A stretch of DNA of 63,051 bases, filler included, from Chrysochromulina tobinii (lineage: Eukaryota), in the NCBI GenBank assembly GCA_001275005.1. It is 8 parts of 8 records of this genome, joined end to end, with 100 filler letters (N's around TTAATTAATTAA, not from the genome) between each part and the next. Parts side by side here need not be neighbours in the genome. Positions count along the whole stretch, not along the records: positions 5,568 to 22,030 come from JWZX01000161.1; positions 22,131 to 28,435 come from JWZX01000164.1; positions 28,536 to 34,106 come from JWZX01000165.1; 5 more parts are not named here. One strand, written 5' to 3'. The notes beneath the pieces were generated by a model. It did not search any database and was not told where the DNA came from. It was given only the letters and a program-made list of their open reading frames with translations. Positions within the stretch are counted from its first letter, which is position 1. The number at the start of each line of letters is the position of its first letter. Positions 20,298 to 33,288 of the stretch are shown one piece after another. The position numbers and the translations under genes are program-made.

Positions 20298-22030
20298 AGC
20301 TCGCGGTGGCAGCTCCGAGCTCGGTGCACACCACGTAATCTCGGTATCCATAGGGCGTAGGGACCCCCGGGCCCGGGGTTGGGGGGTTATAAGTAAGTAT
20401 CTCCGAACTCGATAATGAAAAAGTTCGACAAGGCTTGGTTGGTTCATCAGGTCACAGGTGTTGTTTCACCTTTTCCGGGATTCCGCCCTAGTTTTCCGCC
20501 CTCGATCCAATGCCTCACGGTTTACGCTTTCCCATTCCCTCAGCCCTCACCGGTCACACGCGCGACGATTTCGATTACCGACATCCATGACCGACATCCC
20601 TTGATTTTTCAGGACATCCCTCACCGGTCACACGCGCGCTTTTCCTTCCACAAATATCATCATGATGTCGCACGCTCCTGCGCACGCATAAAAAAGCCAT
20701 CGAGCAGCGAACGAGACCTCATACGATACTTCACACTACTACCCGCTACCCCCCCGCCGCTAAGTCGTACAAGTACACACTTTTCCCCCCCGCTATGTGG
20801 CCTCGGCTTGTGCCTGTGACACGCTCGTCTGTTCGCTTGCTATAGAACGCATGCTGTGTCGGCGTCGTTTGAGACCCGTTGGAGATGCAAAGCGACGCGA
20901 CGGCGGTCTTATCTGTGCGCTTTGCAACTCGAATGACCGCCAAGCTGTCGCCAAGCAATCGCTGCTGCTCGAGCAAACTTTCGCGCGCAACTTCGAAGCG
21001 CTCGGATATGGACGGGCTCATTGCAGGCAGGATTTCAGGGCTGATCAACACCTCCCTCTCCGCCCCCTTGTTCACCACTCCCTGTGGTTGCCCCGTCACG
21101 TCCACCTTCTTTGCCTCCGGATGCCGTACCCGCTGCCCGACCACCACGTGTCGTACCTCGGCAACGGCATTTTGCGTGCGTGGCTGCCCGGGAAACTGCT
21201 GCACCAATGGCGTCGGTGAGGTGCGAACGTGCGCGAGGCCGGGCGCGAGCAAATTGTCCGTGGGCCTAACCGTGGGCCTGGCGAGCCTCGACCATCCAGT
21301 CCGCGCCGGGCCTTTGGGCATGGGACGCCACGACGTGGGGATCAACCCCGCCTGAAATCCCCTGTGAAACCAAGTTGGGCTCGCCTCGACCACGGAGAGG
21401 GCGTGTTGAGAGACCGTGCTGCCGCGTGGGCGCCGACCAGACTGTGGCCGCGTGGGCGGCGACTGGGACAGCAGCTTCCTTTGCGAGAGGATGGCACCCG
21501 CGGACTGGGCTCTGCGGAGGTTGTCCTGCTCACGCTGCACAAGCGTGTTCAGACGCGGACGTGCGTTCAGGTTGGAGCCAGCGATGGACTGGGGTGCAAA
21601 GATGACGACTGGGTTCCCCCAACCTGCAGAAACTCTTGCGTCCTGTTGGAACCGACTTTTTCGCCGGCTTTGTCCTTTGTCCTTTGTCCTTTGCACTTTC
21701 ACCACGGCCTGCGCGCGCGCGCGCAGCGCGAAGCCTGTGGGGCGACGACGACGTGCCTCCGACGCGCTCAAGCAGCGCACACCGCGACGACTGGGTCGAA
21801 GGCGCCCCTTTCCGCCGCTGCCCAACATCACCTGCAGTGGTGCCTGCAGAAGTGGTCGTGGATGCCGTTGCGCTCATGCCGGCCGAGGGTTTACCCCGCA
21901 CCGAGCGACGTACCAGCGCAGGGCTACGCCCGCCGAGCACCTCTTCATGCTCAGGCGCTACGACGATGAGAATCCGCAGCTCCATCGCAGGCTCGATGTG
22001 ATGCACACGTGCATCGCGGCGGCGTATCCG

Positions 22031-22130
22031 NNNNNNNNNNNNNNNNNNNNNNNNNNNNNNNNNNNNNNNNNNNNTTAATTAATTAANNNNNNNNNNNNNN
22101 NNNNNNNNNNNNNNNNNNNNNNNNNNNNNN
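22031..22130. other. Artificial contig spacer
   Basis: N-TTAATTAATTAA-N. Confidence 0.99.
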
Positions 22131-23233
22131 CCCCCGCCCCCGCCCCCGCCCCCACTCTGCACCAGGGCGGCGACGCGGAGCACCCGAGACACCGCGTCAT
22201 CACCGTCATCTCCCATCGCGCTGGCCAGGGCGCGGCGTGTCGAGTCGCAAAACATTCGGTGGCTGAGCGCGCGCCCGTGCGCGCCGAGCGCGCCGAAGCC
22301 CGCCGCGCAGACCCGTAGCCGGTCATCAAAGTCGCGCTGAAACGCCTCATTGTTGACTGCTTCGGCGACGGCCGCAAGCTCCTCCCCGGTCGGGATGCGA
22401 AACGCGGCTGCCTCCACCGTACCGTCCGACGCCACGCTCAGCGCGCCGCCTGCAGTGAGTACACGTACACGCTTCGATGCGGGCTCGTTTGCTTGCGTGC
22501 CGGCGGTGGTGCGGGCACCTTCGCCCTCGCCCACTGCACCTTCGCGCACGCCCACGGCCACACCCATAGCCGACGATGCCGTCGCAAGGTGCGGCGCAGC
22601 TGCGCCCGGCATGCCATCGACGCCCAACACGGCGTTCGAAGCCGGCCCGTTGAGGGCGGCGCGCGCACGATTCATGGCGGCCATCGGGCGCAAGGTACCG
22701 AGGGCTAGCGCGAGTCTCATCGAAAGCGCGCCCGGCTCGACCCACCCATCAGGCAGCTTTGGCCACGTGGCGCGCTCCTCGGACGGGCGCGGGTGCCGGT
22801 AGATGAGCAGCTGCGGGCCCGAGCACTTGGCGGTGTGGTTCACCATCCGGGCCTCCTGGCCGTCACCCATCCGGCTCCAGAGCCCGCTGCTGTGTGCGTT
22901 GGCCACTGCCGCGTTCTGCACGGCATGTTCACGCATGAGTGGCTTGATGCGACTCAACGGCACCGTGATTCCGTTGTGCTTGCACTGCGGGCACAGCTTA
23001 CTCTTGAAGTGACTCGACGTGGGCACGAAGCCAGGAGTGCAGCCCTCTGGCGAGCCCGACATCAGGCCGCCCCAACACAAGCCCGTCGCTGGCTCCTCGT
23101 CGGCCAAGTCGAAGCAGGTAGATCGCTGGTTGGCGATGAGTTCGGCCTCCGGGAACGTGGGATCGTCGTCCAGAAGGTCGAGTAAAGCGTCAGTGGAAAG
23201 CTCGCCGCACCACTGCTCGTCGTACATCATCAT
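22131..23233 (-). CDS. Hypothetical protein with Cys-containing putative Zn-binding domain, 3'-truncated
   Basis: CWGG...C.PGF...HFKSKLCPQC...VNHTAKC...GTLRP; open to the contig end. Confidence 0.6.
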
Positions 23234-23437
23234 CGCCGCGCGCGCCGTCCAGAAAATGCACAAGCAAACTTTGTCCTGCAAAAAGACGCAGGAAAGCCGC
23301 ACACGTCTTCCGATGATCTCCGATGCAAGTTTCACCAAGTCACCGAGGCGACTTTCAGGGGTTTTGTGACAACGGTCTCTTTTGTAAACCTATCTCGCGC
23401 TCCCGGAGGATCAGCACTGCATCTCACAGACTCTCTT

Positions 23438-24292
23438 TTAACATCCTCCGTGCTCGGCACCGTGCTTCTCGCACCAGCGCTTCCGCCAGCCATCATCCGC
23501 CGGCGCGCTCGTCACCAGCGCGTCCGCCGGCGCGAGCACGCCCGAGATCCACGGGATCTTCTCCGGGATTCCCCCGGGCCAAATTTTGGGCTCCACAGCC
23601 CAGGGCCAGATCGCGCGAGGCGACTTCCGCATCGCCTCGGGGAAGGTGGTGTGGCCTTCGTGCGGGTCCTTAGGACGCGTGACGTTGGCGCGCTGATACT
23701 TGAGCCAGCACTCTCCCTGCGTGTGCACGTGGATGTCGAAGGCAAAGCACTGCTTCTCCGGACAAAACACCCAAATGTTACAGCCCGGGTTGTTGTAACA
23801 CTTGAGCTCTGGACGCAACGGCCACCACGATTTGCCTCGCGAGTCGGGCTTGCCACAGACGGCCGCGTGCGCCTGGCACGCCGCGCAGCACTCGGCCGCA
23901 TCCTTCAGATGGAAGCCTGGGTTGCCCAAGCCCCACACCGGCGCTTGCTCTCCCATATAATCGGTGTGCAGACGTGCGTGGCACGTGCCGTCGGCCACGC
24001 CTGCAGGGGACGGCTGTGACGTTGGTGGCGGCGGGGGTGGAGGCGATGCCGCCTCAACCGCCGTTGCCGTCGCACGGGCCAACGCATCGCTCGCAAGATG
24101 GCGCCGTCGCTGGATGCCGGCGACCTCCGCGCTGCTCATGGTTGGCCTCGGGGTTGCTGCGATGCCGGTGTTGACGATGATGAGGAGGATCGCCGAGACG
24201 CCGAAGACCGCCAGCAAGGAGGCTTGCGTGCTGCACACCGGCTTGGCATCCTCCGCCTTTTGGCGAATGAGCAAACTCGAGGGCGGCGGCAT
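23438..24292 (-). CDS. Type II membrane protein with PAN/Apple-like Cys-rich domain
   Basis: TM helix; CHARLHTDYMG..VWG, AAECCAAC, CNIWVFCP, GECWLK, PWISG. Confidence 0.75.
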   Translation of the reverse strand: MPPPSSLLIRQKAEDAKPVCSTQASLLAVFGVSAILLIIVNTGIAATPRPTMSSAEVAGIQRRRHLASDALARATATAVEAASPPPPPPPTSQPSPAGVADGTCHARLHTDYMGEQAPVWGLGNPGFHLKDAAECCAACQAHAAVCGKPDSRGKSWWPLRPELKCYNNPGCNIWVFCPEKQCFAFDIHVHTQGECWLKYQRANVTRPKDPHEGHTTFPEAMRKSPRAIWPWAVEPKIWPGGIPEKIPWISGVLAPADALVTSAPADDGWRKRWCEKHGAEHGGC

Positions 24293-24493
24293 CAGAACGA
24301 AAAACCCGCCGCCTCTTGGCGAATGAGCAAACTCGAGGGCGGTGGCATCAGAACGAAAAACCCGCAGGAAGAGCAAGTGTGAAGAGGAGAGAAGAGTCTT
24401 TCAGACGCCAATGCGCCACTCTAGTTGCCAATTGGGGGATGTCGTGTACCCGCGAATCCCCCGGGGTCAATCCCCCACTCCCGCCCGCTTCCG

Positions 24494-25069
24494 ATGGCGC
24501 ATGGTCACCATCGGAAGCGAGCAGCGCAGCTCAGCAGAGCAGCGCAGCTCTCCAATCCTGAGACCGTGTGCGAGATTATTGAGCCTTCAGCCAGCAGCCG
24601 ACGGAGAGCCGTCGGCGAATTCTTTTTCAAAGTGACGTGCGCCTGCCAGAACAGCGAGCGTTTCAAGCACTCGCTCGTCCTTACCTCGCTGCTCTTCGGC
24701 ATACCTGCATGCCTCTTGATTCGGCAGGGCACGCTCTTCCTAGGCGGCCTCCAGACCGCTTTGACGACTAGCTCGATCCTCTATCACGCCACGCACAACT
24801 CTGCCGTCCGAGCCCTCGATGTGCTCCTCGTGTTTGTCATCGGAACAGTGTCGACTGCCCAAGTGATGGCCATCGTCGCGACCGAAGCCTTGCCACTCGT
24901 CCACCCGTTCAGGTTCGCGCTGGCGACGATCGCGATGTTGGTTGCCATCGAATCGTGCCCCTCGCTCTTCTGGGACGGCGGAGCCATCAAGCTCGAGTGG
25001 CACATGGGCGTGCACCTGCTGACGACTGCTGGGCTAACCCTTGTTGCTGTGGGTTACGGGATCGTGTAG
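24494..25069 (+). CDS. CREST-superfamily-like multi-pass membrane protein
   Basis: SILYH (SxxxH), LDV and WHMGVH (HxxxH) in TM helices; N-terminus uncertain. Confidence 0.55.
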   Translation: MAHGHHRKRAAQLSRAAQLSNPETVCEIIEPSASSRRRAVGEFFFKVTCACQNSERFKHSLVLTSLLFGIPACLLIRQGTLFLGGLQTALTTSSILYHATHNSAVRALDVLLVFVIGTVSTAQVMAIVATEALPLVHPFRFALATIAMLVAIESCPSLFWDGGAIKLEWHMGVHLLTTAGLTLVAVGYGIV

Positions 25070-25348
25070 CGCGTGTCTCTGAGGTTGAATGAGTCATAGT
25101 ATCAGGTAGCACACACTGTGTAGTACCCGTCAGTACGTGGACACACAAAGTGCGCACACAAAGACACGCGCTCGGCAGCAGTACAGACTAGCCTGCGCGC
25201 AACTGCAGATTGTGCAGAGCAGTTGCTTGATGGTCTACAATCCCCTCGGGCGCGCCGCCCATGCACGTGCGCCCGGGCTCCCGTCACAAGTCCGCGTCGG
25301 AGACTCCGGACCCCTTGCCAACAAGAGGCACAGGAGCACGAGGAGGAG

Positions 25349-25481
25349 GACGACGAGCCGCCACCGGCCAAATTAGGGACGCCGCTCGGGACGACGCTTG
25401 CATGCGACGACGAGCCGCCACCGGCCAAATTAGGGACGATGCTCGGGACGACGCTTGCATGCGACGACGAGCCGCCACCGG
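25349..25481 (-). repeat. 57-bp tandem repeat in actin 3' flank containing CCTAATTTGG
   Basis: gacgacgagccgccaccgg at 25349, 25406 and 25463. Confidence 0.85.
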
Positions 25482-25495
25482 CGCGATCGGCGTGC

Positions 25496-26632
<1,137 letters not shown>

Positions 26633-27108
26633 TTACGAGAGAGAGAGTGAAAGGGTGCGAGCGGTCTGCGCAGATCGGAGTGGAGGATGAGCGAGCGTCA
26701 GACGGGCCGAGTCGGGCGCACAACATGGGCAGAGCGGGAAGGTGGGCGCATCACGATTCGCAAAAGCCGCTCGTGAAAAACCACGTTGCCTGATAAAGTT
26801 GATTGTCATTTTTGGAATTTCACAAGCACTTTGTGAACGGCGACTCCGATGGGCACGCTTTCCACTTTTCGTCCTTTTCTCACAATCAACACCGGGGGAG
26901 CCGGGACACACACGCGATGCATACCGGTACGGAAGCCTATCGAATGTGCTCCGGCGAGAGGAGCCACGCTGCCACGGACGCACGGAGCCAGCTCGTGAAT
27001 CGTCGTGGTGGAAGGGAGTGGGCGGAGATGACGGAGGGGATCCATCTAGAGGTGACACGTCAAAGTTCTGACATACATGTACGTGCCTTCTGAGAACCGC
27101 GTGGAGAA

Positions 27109-27135
27109 ACTTGACTTGACTTGACTTGACTTGAC
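27109..27135. repeat. (ACTTG)n microsatellite
   Basis: About 5 units between actin and the PhyH-like gene. Confidence 0.8.
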
Positions 27136-27205
27136 AGGTTGCCTTCGGTGACGCGCATTTCTGTCTGAAAGGTGGGATTTGTGTGTGCCTGTCGGAGGAG
27201 TGCGC

Positions 27206-28435
27206 ATGATCGTTGACGGCGCTACTTGCACAATCGACGCTCCCGCAACTCGATTCTTTCATGGAAAGCACTGCACCGCCCGCTTCTTCGACCGCGAGAA
27301 GAAGCAGTGGCTAATACGGCTGCAGGATGGACGAGAGATGTTCGCTTCTGAGTCGCTCCTTCGTCTGGCAAAGCAGAGAGCTGGTGTGCATCCAACATTC
27401 GAGGTGTTCGTGGATAGCCGTGATTCCGCTGGCGACTGGTGCCACGCCGCCTCTCATGCACTCGGCGCTCTCGGCGCCTGCGCATTGCGGCCGCTCGCGG
27501 GCTCTCCCTCTCCAATCAGCTCCGTCACGATCGAGCGCTGCCTGCGTGACGCGCGGCCACGGCTCGATCATATGCTTGGCGTAGCCGCCAAAGACAAGAG
27601 CGGCCAGGGCGTGGCCAGCAACGGCGCAGTCCGTTTCAAGGAGCTCTACTCGCGCGCCCCGCATGAACATCGGTTCGATGTGACGGTGATACGAGAGGGT
27701 GAGTTCCTGGGTGGTGGAGGCGACGAGGGCGCGTGGCGCGCCTTGCTGGCCCAAGTCGACGCGGTGGTGCAGCCCGTGCTGTGCGGCACGCCGAGCTTTG
27801 CAGCCGTCGGCGCTGCGGTCGAATCGGTCGGCTTCATCTTGAGCTTCCCGGGCGCACCCTCTCAGCAATGGCATCCGGACGACTCACACACAGCCGGCCT
27901 CGTGACGGTCTTCGTGCCGCTCATCGACCTGACGCGGCTCAACGGGCCGACGGAACTCGCGCTCGGGACGCACATCGAGCCGGCATGCCGCCTCGCCGAG
28001 CACATGCTGTGCACTGCGAGCACATGTGATCAGGGAGGTCACTCAGAGTTGCCTGGTCGGGAGAGGCTCGACGTGATGGCGAGCTTGACAGCTCATACGT
28101 GGTGTGCTGGGATCGTGCAGCCCGCCCTCAGCGCTGGCAGCTTGCTGCTCTTCGACTGGCGAACGTGGCACCGCGGGGGGGCGAACCAGAGCGCGTACGA
28201 CCGTCCAGTCGCATGCGTCACCTACTATGCTCGGGGCTTGCGACCGCCTCACTATTACAAGGCGGGATTGGCGTCTCTCTCAGAGGCCGCGGGGCGGGTG
28301 GCGGCACAGGAGGCGGCAGCGGTGGCTACGGAGACGGCGGCGACCGTGGCGGCTGTGGCGGCGGAAGTGGCGGCGGCGGCGGCGGCGGCGGCGGCGACTG
28401 CGGCGGCGGCGGCAGCGACGGCGGTGGCGGCGGCG
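27206..28435 (+). CDS. Phytanoyl-CoA dioxygenase (PhyH)-like 2OG-Fe(II) oxygenase, 3'-truncated
   Basis: QQWHPD, VFVPLIDLT..NGPTE..GTH, GSLLLFD.RTWHRGGAN....RP. Confidence 0.8.
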
Positions 28436-28535
28436 NNNNNNNNNNNNNNNNNNNNNNNNNNNNNNNNNNNNNNNNNNNNTTAATTAATTAANNNNNNNNN
28501 NNNNNNNNNNNNNNNNNNNNNNNNNNNNNNNNNNN
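28436..28535. other. Artificial contig spacer
   Basis: N-TTAATTAATTAA-N. Confidence 0.99.
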
Positions 28536-29723
28536 CGCCGATGCAGCGGCCGGGCCGGCGGGCGCCCCAAGAGCGCGGCGTCGGTAGTGCGGCGCGCGGC
28601 AGACGGGGCACTTGCAGGTCGTCTGGAGCGAGAAGGTCTCAAACGAGTCGAGGCAACGGCTGTGGAAGACATGGGTACATGAGAGGAGAGCGAGTGGCTC
28701 GGCTTCCGTGCATGCGTTGAGGCACACCGGGCAGTCGCCGAGCCCGCGCGCCCGCGACAGCGCCTCGAGCGCGACCCAATCGTCGCCGTCGGCCCCGCCG
28801 AGCAGCGCGCGCGACGCGGCGACCGACGAGTCGATTTCGGCAAAGAGGTCGTCGACGGCGGAGTGCTCGGCGTCGAGGCCCCGGATGAGACGGTCCGCGA
28901 GCCCGCCCAGCCGCTGCTCGCAATAGCGCCGCCGGCGCGTCGGGTTCAGGTGGCGCAGCGCCTTTGCGGTCGCGCGCCGGGCGAGCGCGCCGCGCGCCGC
29001 CGCCTGCAAGCGCACGACGCACTCTTCTCGATAGAGGTTCGCGCCGTCGTCGATGGTGCGCTTGCGGTAGTGCAGCTTGCGGCACACGGGGCAGCAGCGC
29101 GACTTGGAGTGCCGCTCCCACGAGCGCAGGCATGTGCGGTGGAACGTGTGCCCACACGAGAGCAACACCTGCTTGCTTGTCATGAACGGCTCCTGGCAGA
29201 TGACGCACGGCTCGCGCGACGCCTCGCGCGCGCGCGAGGTCGCCGTGATCGCGTCCCATTCGCTCGGCGTGAGCTCGGGCTCGGGGGCCTCGGCCAGGCC
29301 CATGCGCTGCGCGAGCGTCAGTGTCGGCTTTTTCCGGCGCTGTCGGCGTGGGTTGCCGCTGCTGCCGTCGTCGTCGAGGTCGTCCGAGTCGGACTCACTG
29401 CAGTCGGAGCAGCGCAGGTCTGCTGGCTGCTGCTGCGGCGGCGGCGGCGGCGGCTGCGCTTGCGGCCGCCGGAGGGCGCTGGGCCGCAGAGGCCGGGGCG
29501 GCCCGAGGTTGAGCTTCATCTCGGCGAGCCGCTGCTGCTGCAAGGCGACGCTGTGCCACATCGCCGGGTTGCTCGCATAGGAGGGGTTGTTGATGGGCAT
29601 GTGCGCGGGCGCACCGCCCGGACGGGAGCCGCTGCTAGCCGCTGGTTGTGGTGCGGACGCGCTGGACCGACCACATCTGGAGTTCCCGCAGCCGGCGATC
29701 CCGCAGCCGGCGTTGGCGGGCAT
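28536..29723 (-). CDS. RNF32: RING-H2/IQ/RING-H2 protein, RNF32-like
   Basis: LTLAQRMGL...EW, two RING-H2 fingers (LLSCGHTFH..CL; LLSCTHVFH..CL) with an IQ motif (LQAAARG) between them. Confidence 0.85.
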
Positions 29724-29874
29724 TAGAAAACGCTGTTCACAGAGTCATCTCGCCAACTTACTTGCGGGTTTCGCGAAACGTGTAGTTTCGCGTGAACACA
29801 CGTCAAGCCAACGGTTTGGCTTCCACAGAAAACTGGAAAGCGCCAAGTTCACGGCGAACCGGCCGGCGCTCGGC

Positions 29875-31235
29875 ATGAGCGACGGCGGCGCAGCGGACGC
29901 CCGCATCCGCGCCGCGGCGGCGGCCGAGCGCCGGGCAGGTGCGTCCCGACGCCCTGAGCTCGTGGAGCCTCCACCCAAGCGGCCCAAGGCGAAGACGAAT
30001 TCTCAGATCCTCGAGGAGCTCGGCATCACCGACCATCAGCGTGACATGGAGTGCACGCTGTCGCACCAGATCTTCGACGACCCGGTGATTGCCGACGACA
30101 ACCACACCTACGAGCGTGCGTACATCGAGGGCTATTTTGCGAGCTGCAAGGGACGAGTCATCTCGCCGCTCACCAACGAGCCGCTGGCGAACACGCAGCT
30201 CAGGCCAAACCTGCAGCTGCGCAAGGTCGTCGAGGCGTATGTCGAGTTCGAAGTGAGGAAGGCGCGTGCGAGGCTCGGCGTCAGCGTCGCGCCATTGCCG
30301 ACCAACGACGACGACGACGACGGCGTCGCCATCGTCGGCGCGGTCACGCGCGCCGAGCGCAACTTGGCGGGCCGGCGCGCGGCCGTGGACCTGACGATGG
30401 ATGAGGAGGACGAGATGCTGCTTCCCGATGGGACGAGGATCGACGAGCTCGGACTGGATGAGGCCGCGCCGCGACCGCCGGAGGCGCCGCACGCCGTGCC
30501 CCCTGCCGCGCCTCTACCGGCGCCGTCTGCGCGGGCTGCCCTGCCTTCAGTGGCGATGCCAGCCGCTGCGTCGCTGCCGCCCGTTCCGGTGGCGCCCGGG
30601 CTGTTGGCGGCGGCGTCGACAGCCGCAGCCGCCGCGCCATCGACAGCCGCCGCCGCCGCCGCGTCATCGACAGCCGCCGCCGCAACATCGGCCCTGCCCA
30701 CCAGTCCTGCCCACGACGGCGCTCGAGCTGTTCACGCCAGTCCTGCCCACGACGGCGCGCGGGCTGTTCACGCCAGTCCTGCCCACGACGGCGCCATGCC
30801 CACCAAACGCAAGGTCCTCATCCACGTACAGCGCACCCACGCGCCAGACCCGTCGAAATACTTCTACTCGGAGAACGGGCGGCTCGGGAAGCTCAAGGAG
30901 CGATACTGCGAGGAGGAGGAGGGGGCCGGCCGGCCGTTGCCGCTGAACGCGGTTAAGTTCCGGTTCGCGGGCGTCCTCGTCGGGGACGCTCACACGCCCT
31001 TGGCGCTCGGGATGGCGCTGTTGCCGCAGATCAATCTGCTCGAGGTGGACGAGCCCTCGGCCGAAGAAATGGAAGGCCAAGAACTCCCAAATATGGGAGG
31101 CCAAGAACTCCCATATTTGGGAGAGGCCAAGGCAGCGGCCGAGGTCAATGCATGCGTCGCCATCGCCGCCGCCTCCGCCGCTGCTACTGCCGCCTCCGCC
31201 GCTGCCGCCTCCGCCGCTGCCGCCTCGCCTTCCGC

Positions 31236-31267
<32 letters not shown>

Positions 31268-33288
31268 CTCCACTGGCGCGCGATCTGTTCACGGTGGCTG
31301 ACGTGAATGCTCTTGTGGCATGCATGGACCACCCGATTCGGAAGGCTCGGCAGGTGATGAGCAGCCTGCGCGAGGCGACTCTCTCTCGCGATCTCCATTG
31401 ATCTCCATTGATCTCCCTTGATCTCCCTTGATGGCAGGTGATGAGCAGCCTGCGCGAGGCGACTCTCTCTCGCGATCTCCCTTGATCTCCCTTGATCTCC
31501 CTTGATCTCCCTTGATGGCAGGTGATGAGCAGCCTGCGCGAGGCCACTCTCTCTCGGGACGCCGACGGAAGCCTGTGGGCACGTGCCGTGTGCCTCGGTT
31601 CCACAGGTGCGACCTCCCTTGATCTCCCTTGATTGCCAGTTGATTGCCAGTTGATTGCCAGTTGATTGCCAGTTGATTGTCAGTTGATTGCCAGTTGATT
31701 GCCAGTTGATTGCCAAGTGTGCCTTGGTTCCACAGGTGAGACGTATCGAGTGGAGGCGCACCTGCAACCTCGCACGCCCGCACCCGCCGCCGCCGCCAGC
31801 TCTGCCACCAGCTCAGGACAGCGCTCCTGCTCCGCTGCCTCTGCCGGCCCCGCCAGTGGTGCACCACCCGCCGGCCATGGTACCGGTATTCACACCCTCG
31901 GTACCGGTATTCACGCCAGTGGTGCACCACCCGCCGGCCATGGTACCGGTAACGGCCTCGTGCTCCTCAGCCGTGAGTGTGAATGCCCGCACTATGCGCG
32001 TGAGGTCGGCAGGCGGCCCGTGCACGCGATTGCCATGGAGCGGCTCTGCAAGCATCAGCTCGCCATGCTCCTCTCCCTCCTCGAAGAGCGCTGTCCTGAG
32101 CGCTGTCCCGCAGTTGCCCACGACAGCGCCCACGACAGCGTCCACGACAGCGCCCATGCTGGAAGCGGCCGCGCCGCCGATGCCGCGTCGCCGGCCGCGC
32201 CGCCGGCCTCGCGATTGCCCTCGATGCCGCCCTCGCGTCCACCCGAACGCTTACCGGCCGCCCCGCTGCCGCCTCTGGTTTCGTCACGAAGCTTACCGGC
32301 CGCCCCGCTGCCGCCAGTCGCCCCAGCGCCCGCTGCGCCTCTGGTTTCGTCACTAAGTGCTCACCACAGCGCTGTGCCTCTGGTTTCGTCACTAAGTGCT
32401 CACCACAGCGCTGCGCCTCTGGTTCCGTCACGAAGCTCCGCCGCTGTTGCGCCCGGAACGGCGGCGCCGGCGCCGGCGCCGGCGGAGGGGGGGGACGGGA
32501 CGTCCAGCGCTGTTAGGCCTGCCGTCAAGCCCGCCCCAGTCACCCGTAAGCCACGCCAGCTGCCCAACTTCAATAGGCCCGCAACCGTTGCTGCCGCCGT
32601 CAGCCGACCGGCTGCGGCGGCCGCCACGGCGGCTGCTGCCGCGACCGTGGCCGAGGGGGTGTTCACACAGCGCATCGGGGGTACTCACACTGCCGCGACC
32701 GTGGCCGAGGCGAAAGCGGCGGAGGCGGCGGTCGACCGGCGCGGTAGACCCTCCTCGATGACGGAGCTCATCAGTGAGCGTCCGCTGATGGAGGAGCTCA
32801 TCAAGGAGCGTCCGCTGCGCGTGAGCACCCTCGATCGACTCGCCCGCGCCACGCTCGAGCGCGCCGGGCGGCCGTACACGTCGCCGGCCGCGGCTGCCGC
32901 CCCTGGGGACGATGATGAGCTGCCGTGCGCGGCGGCCACTGCACCTGCCGCTTGCGCCGCTGCACCGGCCGCTTGCGCCGCTGCACCGGCCGCTTGCGCC
33001 GCTGCACCTGCCGCTTGCGCCGCACCGGCTGAAACTTCTGCGCTGGCCGCTACCGACGTTCCTGCTGCGCTGGCTCCACGCGTCGTGCCGGGCGCTCCTA
33101 TCGCGCCTCAGGCTGTGACAACCGCCGCCGTGATGTTGGGCTCATCACGCGTCGTGCCGGGCGCCGTGGTGGACTCACCACTGCCAGCACCGCCGGTCGG
33201 AATTCCGGCTGCAGCAGTGCCGTCCCCGGGCTCTGTGCGCACACAGCGACGCATCCACATGCTCATGGACGACATCTTCGGTGATTGA
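29875..33288 (+). CDS. U-box + SIM-like motifs + SUMO/ubiquitin-like domain + SWIM zinc finger; exons 29875-31353, 31522-31606, 31736-33288
   Basis: CTLSHQIFDDPVIADDNHTYERAYI..SPLTNEPL...LRPN (U-box); DDDDGVAIV and AVDLT; VKFRFAG..VGDAHTP..LGM (SUMO-like); CECP...LCKH (SWIM). Splice phases checked. Confidence 0.75.
31354..31521 (+). other. Two tandem 84-bp intron units, each starting with a copy of the downstream exon
   Basis: GTGATGAGCAGCCTGCGCGAGGCGACTCTCTCTCG + (GATCTCCCTT)4 + GATGGCAG, twice. Confidence 0.85.
31607..31735 (+). other. Repeat-filled intron ending in a copy of the upstream exon
   Basis: (GATTGCCAGTT)n; ends gtgtgccttggttccacag versus exon gtgtgcctcggttccacag. Confidence 0.85.

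Noticed and set aside
20746..22030. Several long ORFs and intron-like signals
   Set aside because: I could not build a consistent gene model or recognise a domain.
31354..31735. CRISPR-like repeat-spacer appearance (also 14403-14532 and 25349-25481)
   Set aside because: The intervening sequences are near-identical rather than unique spacers, there are no cas genes, and the context is eukaryotic introns.
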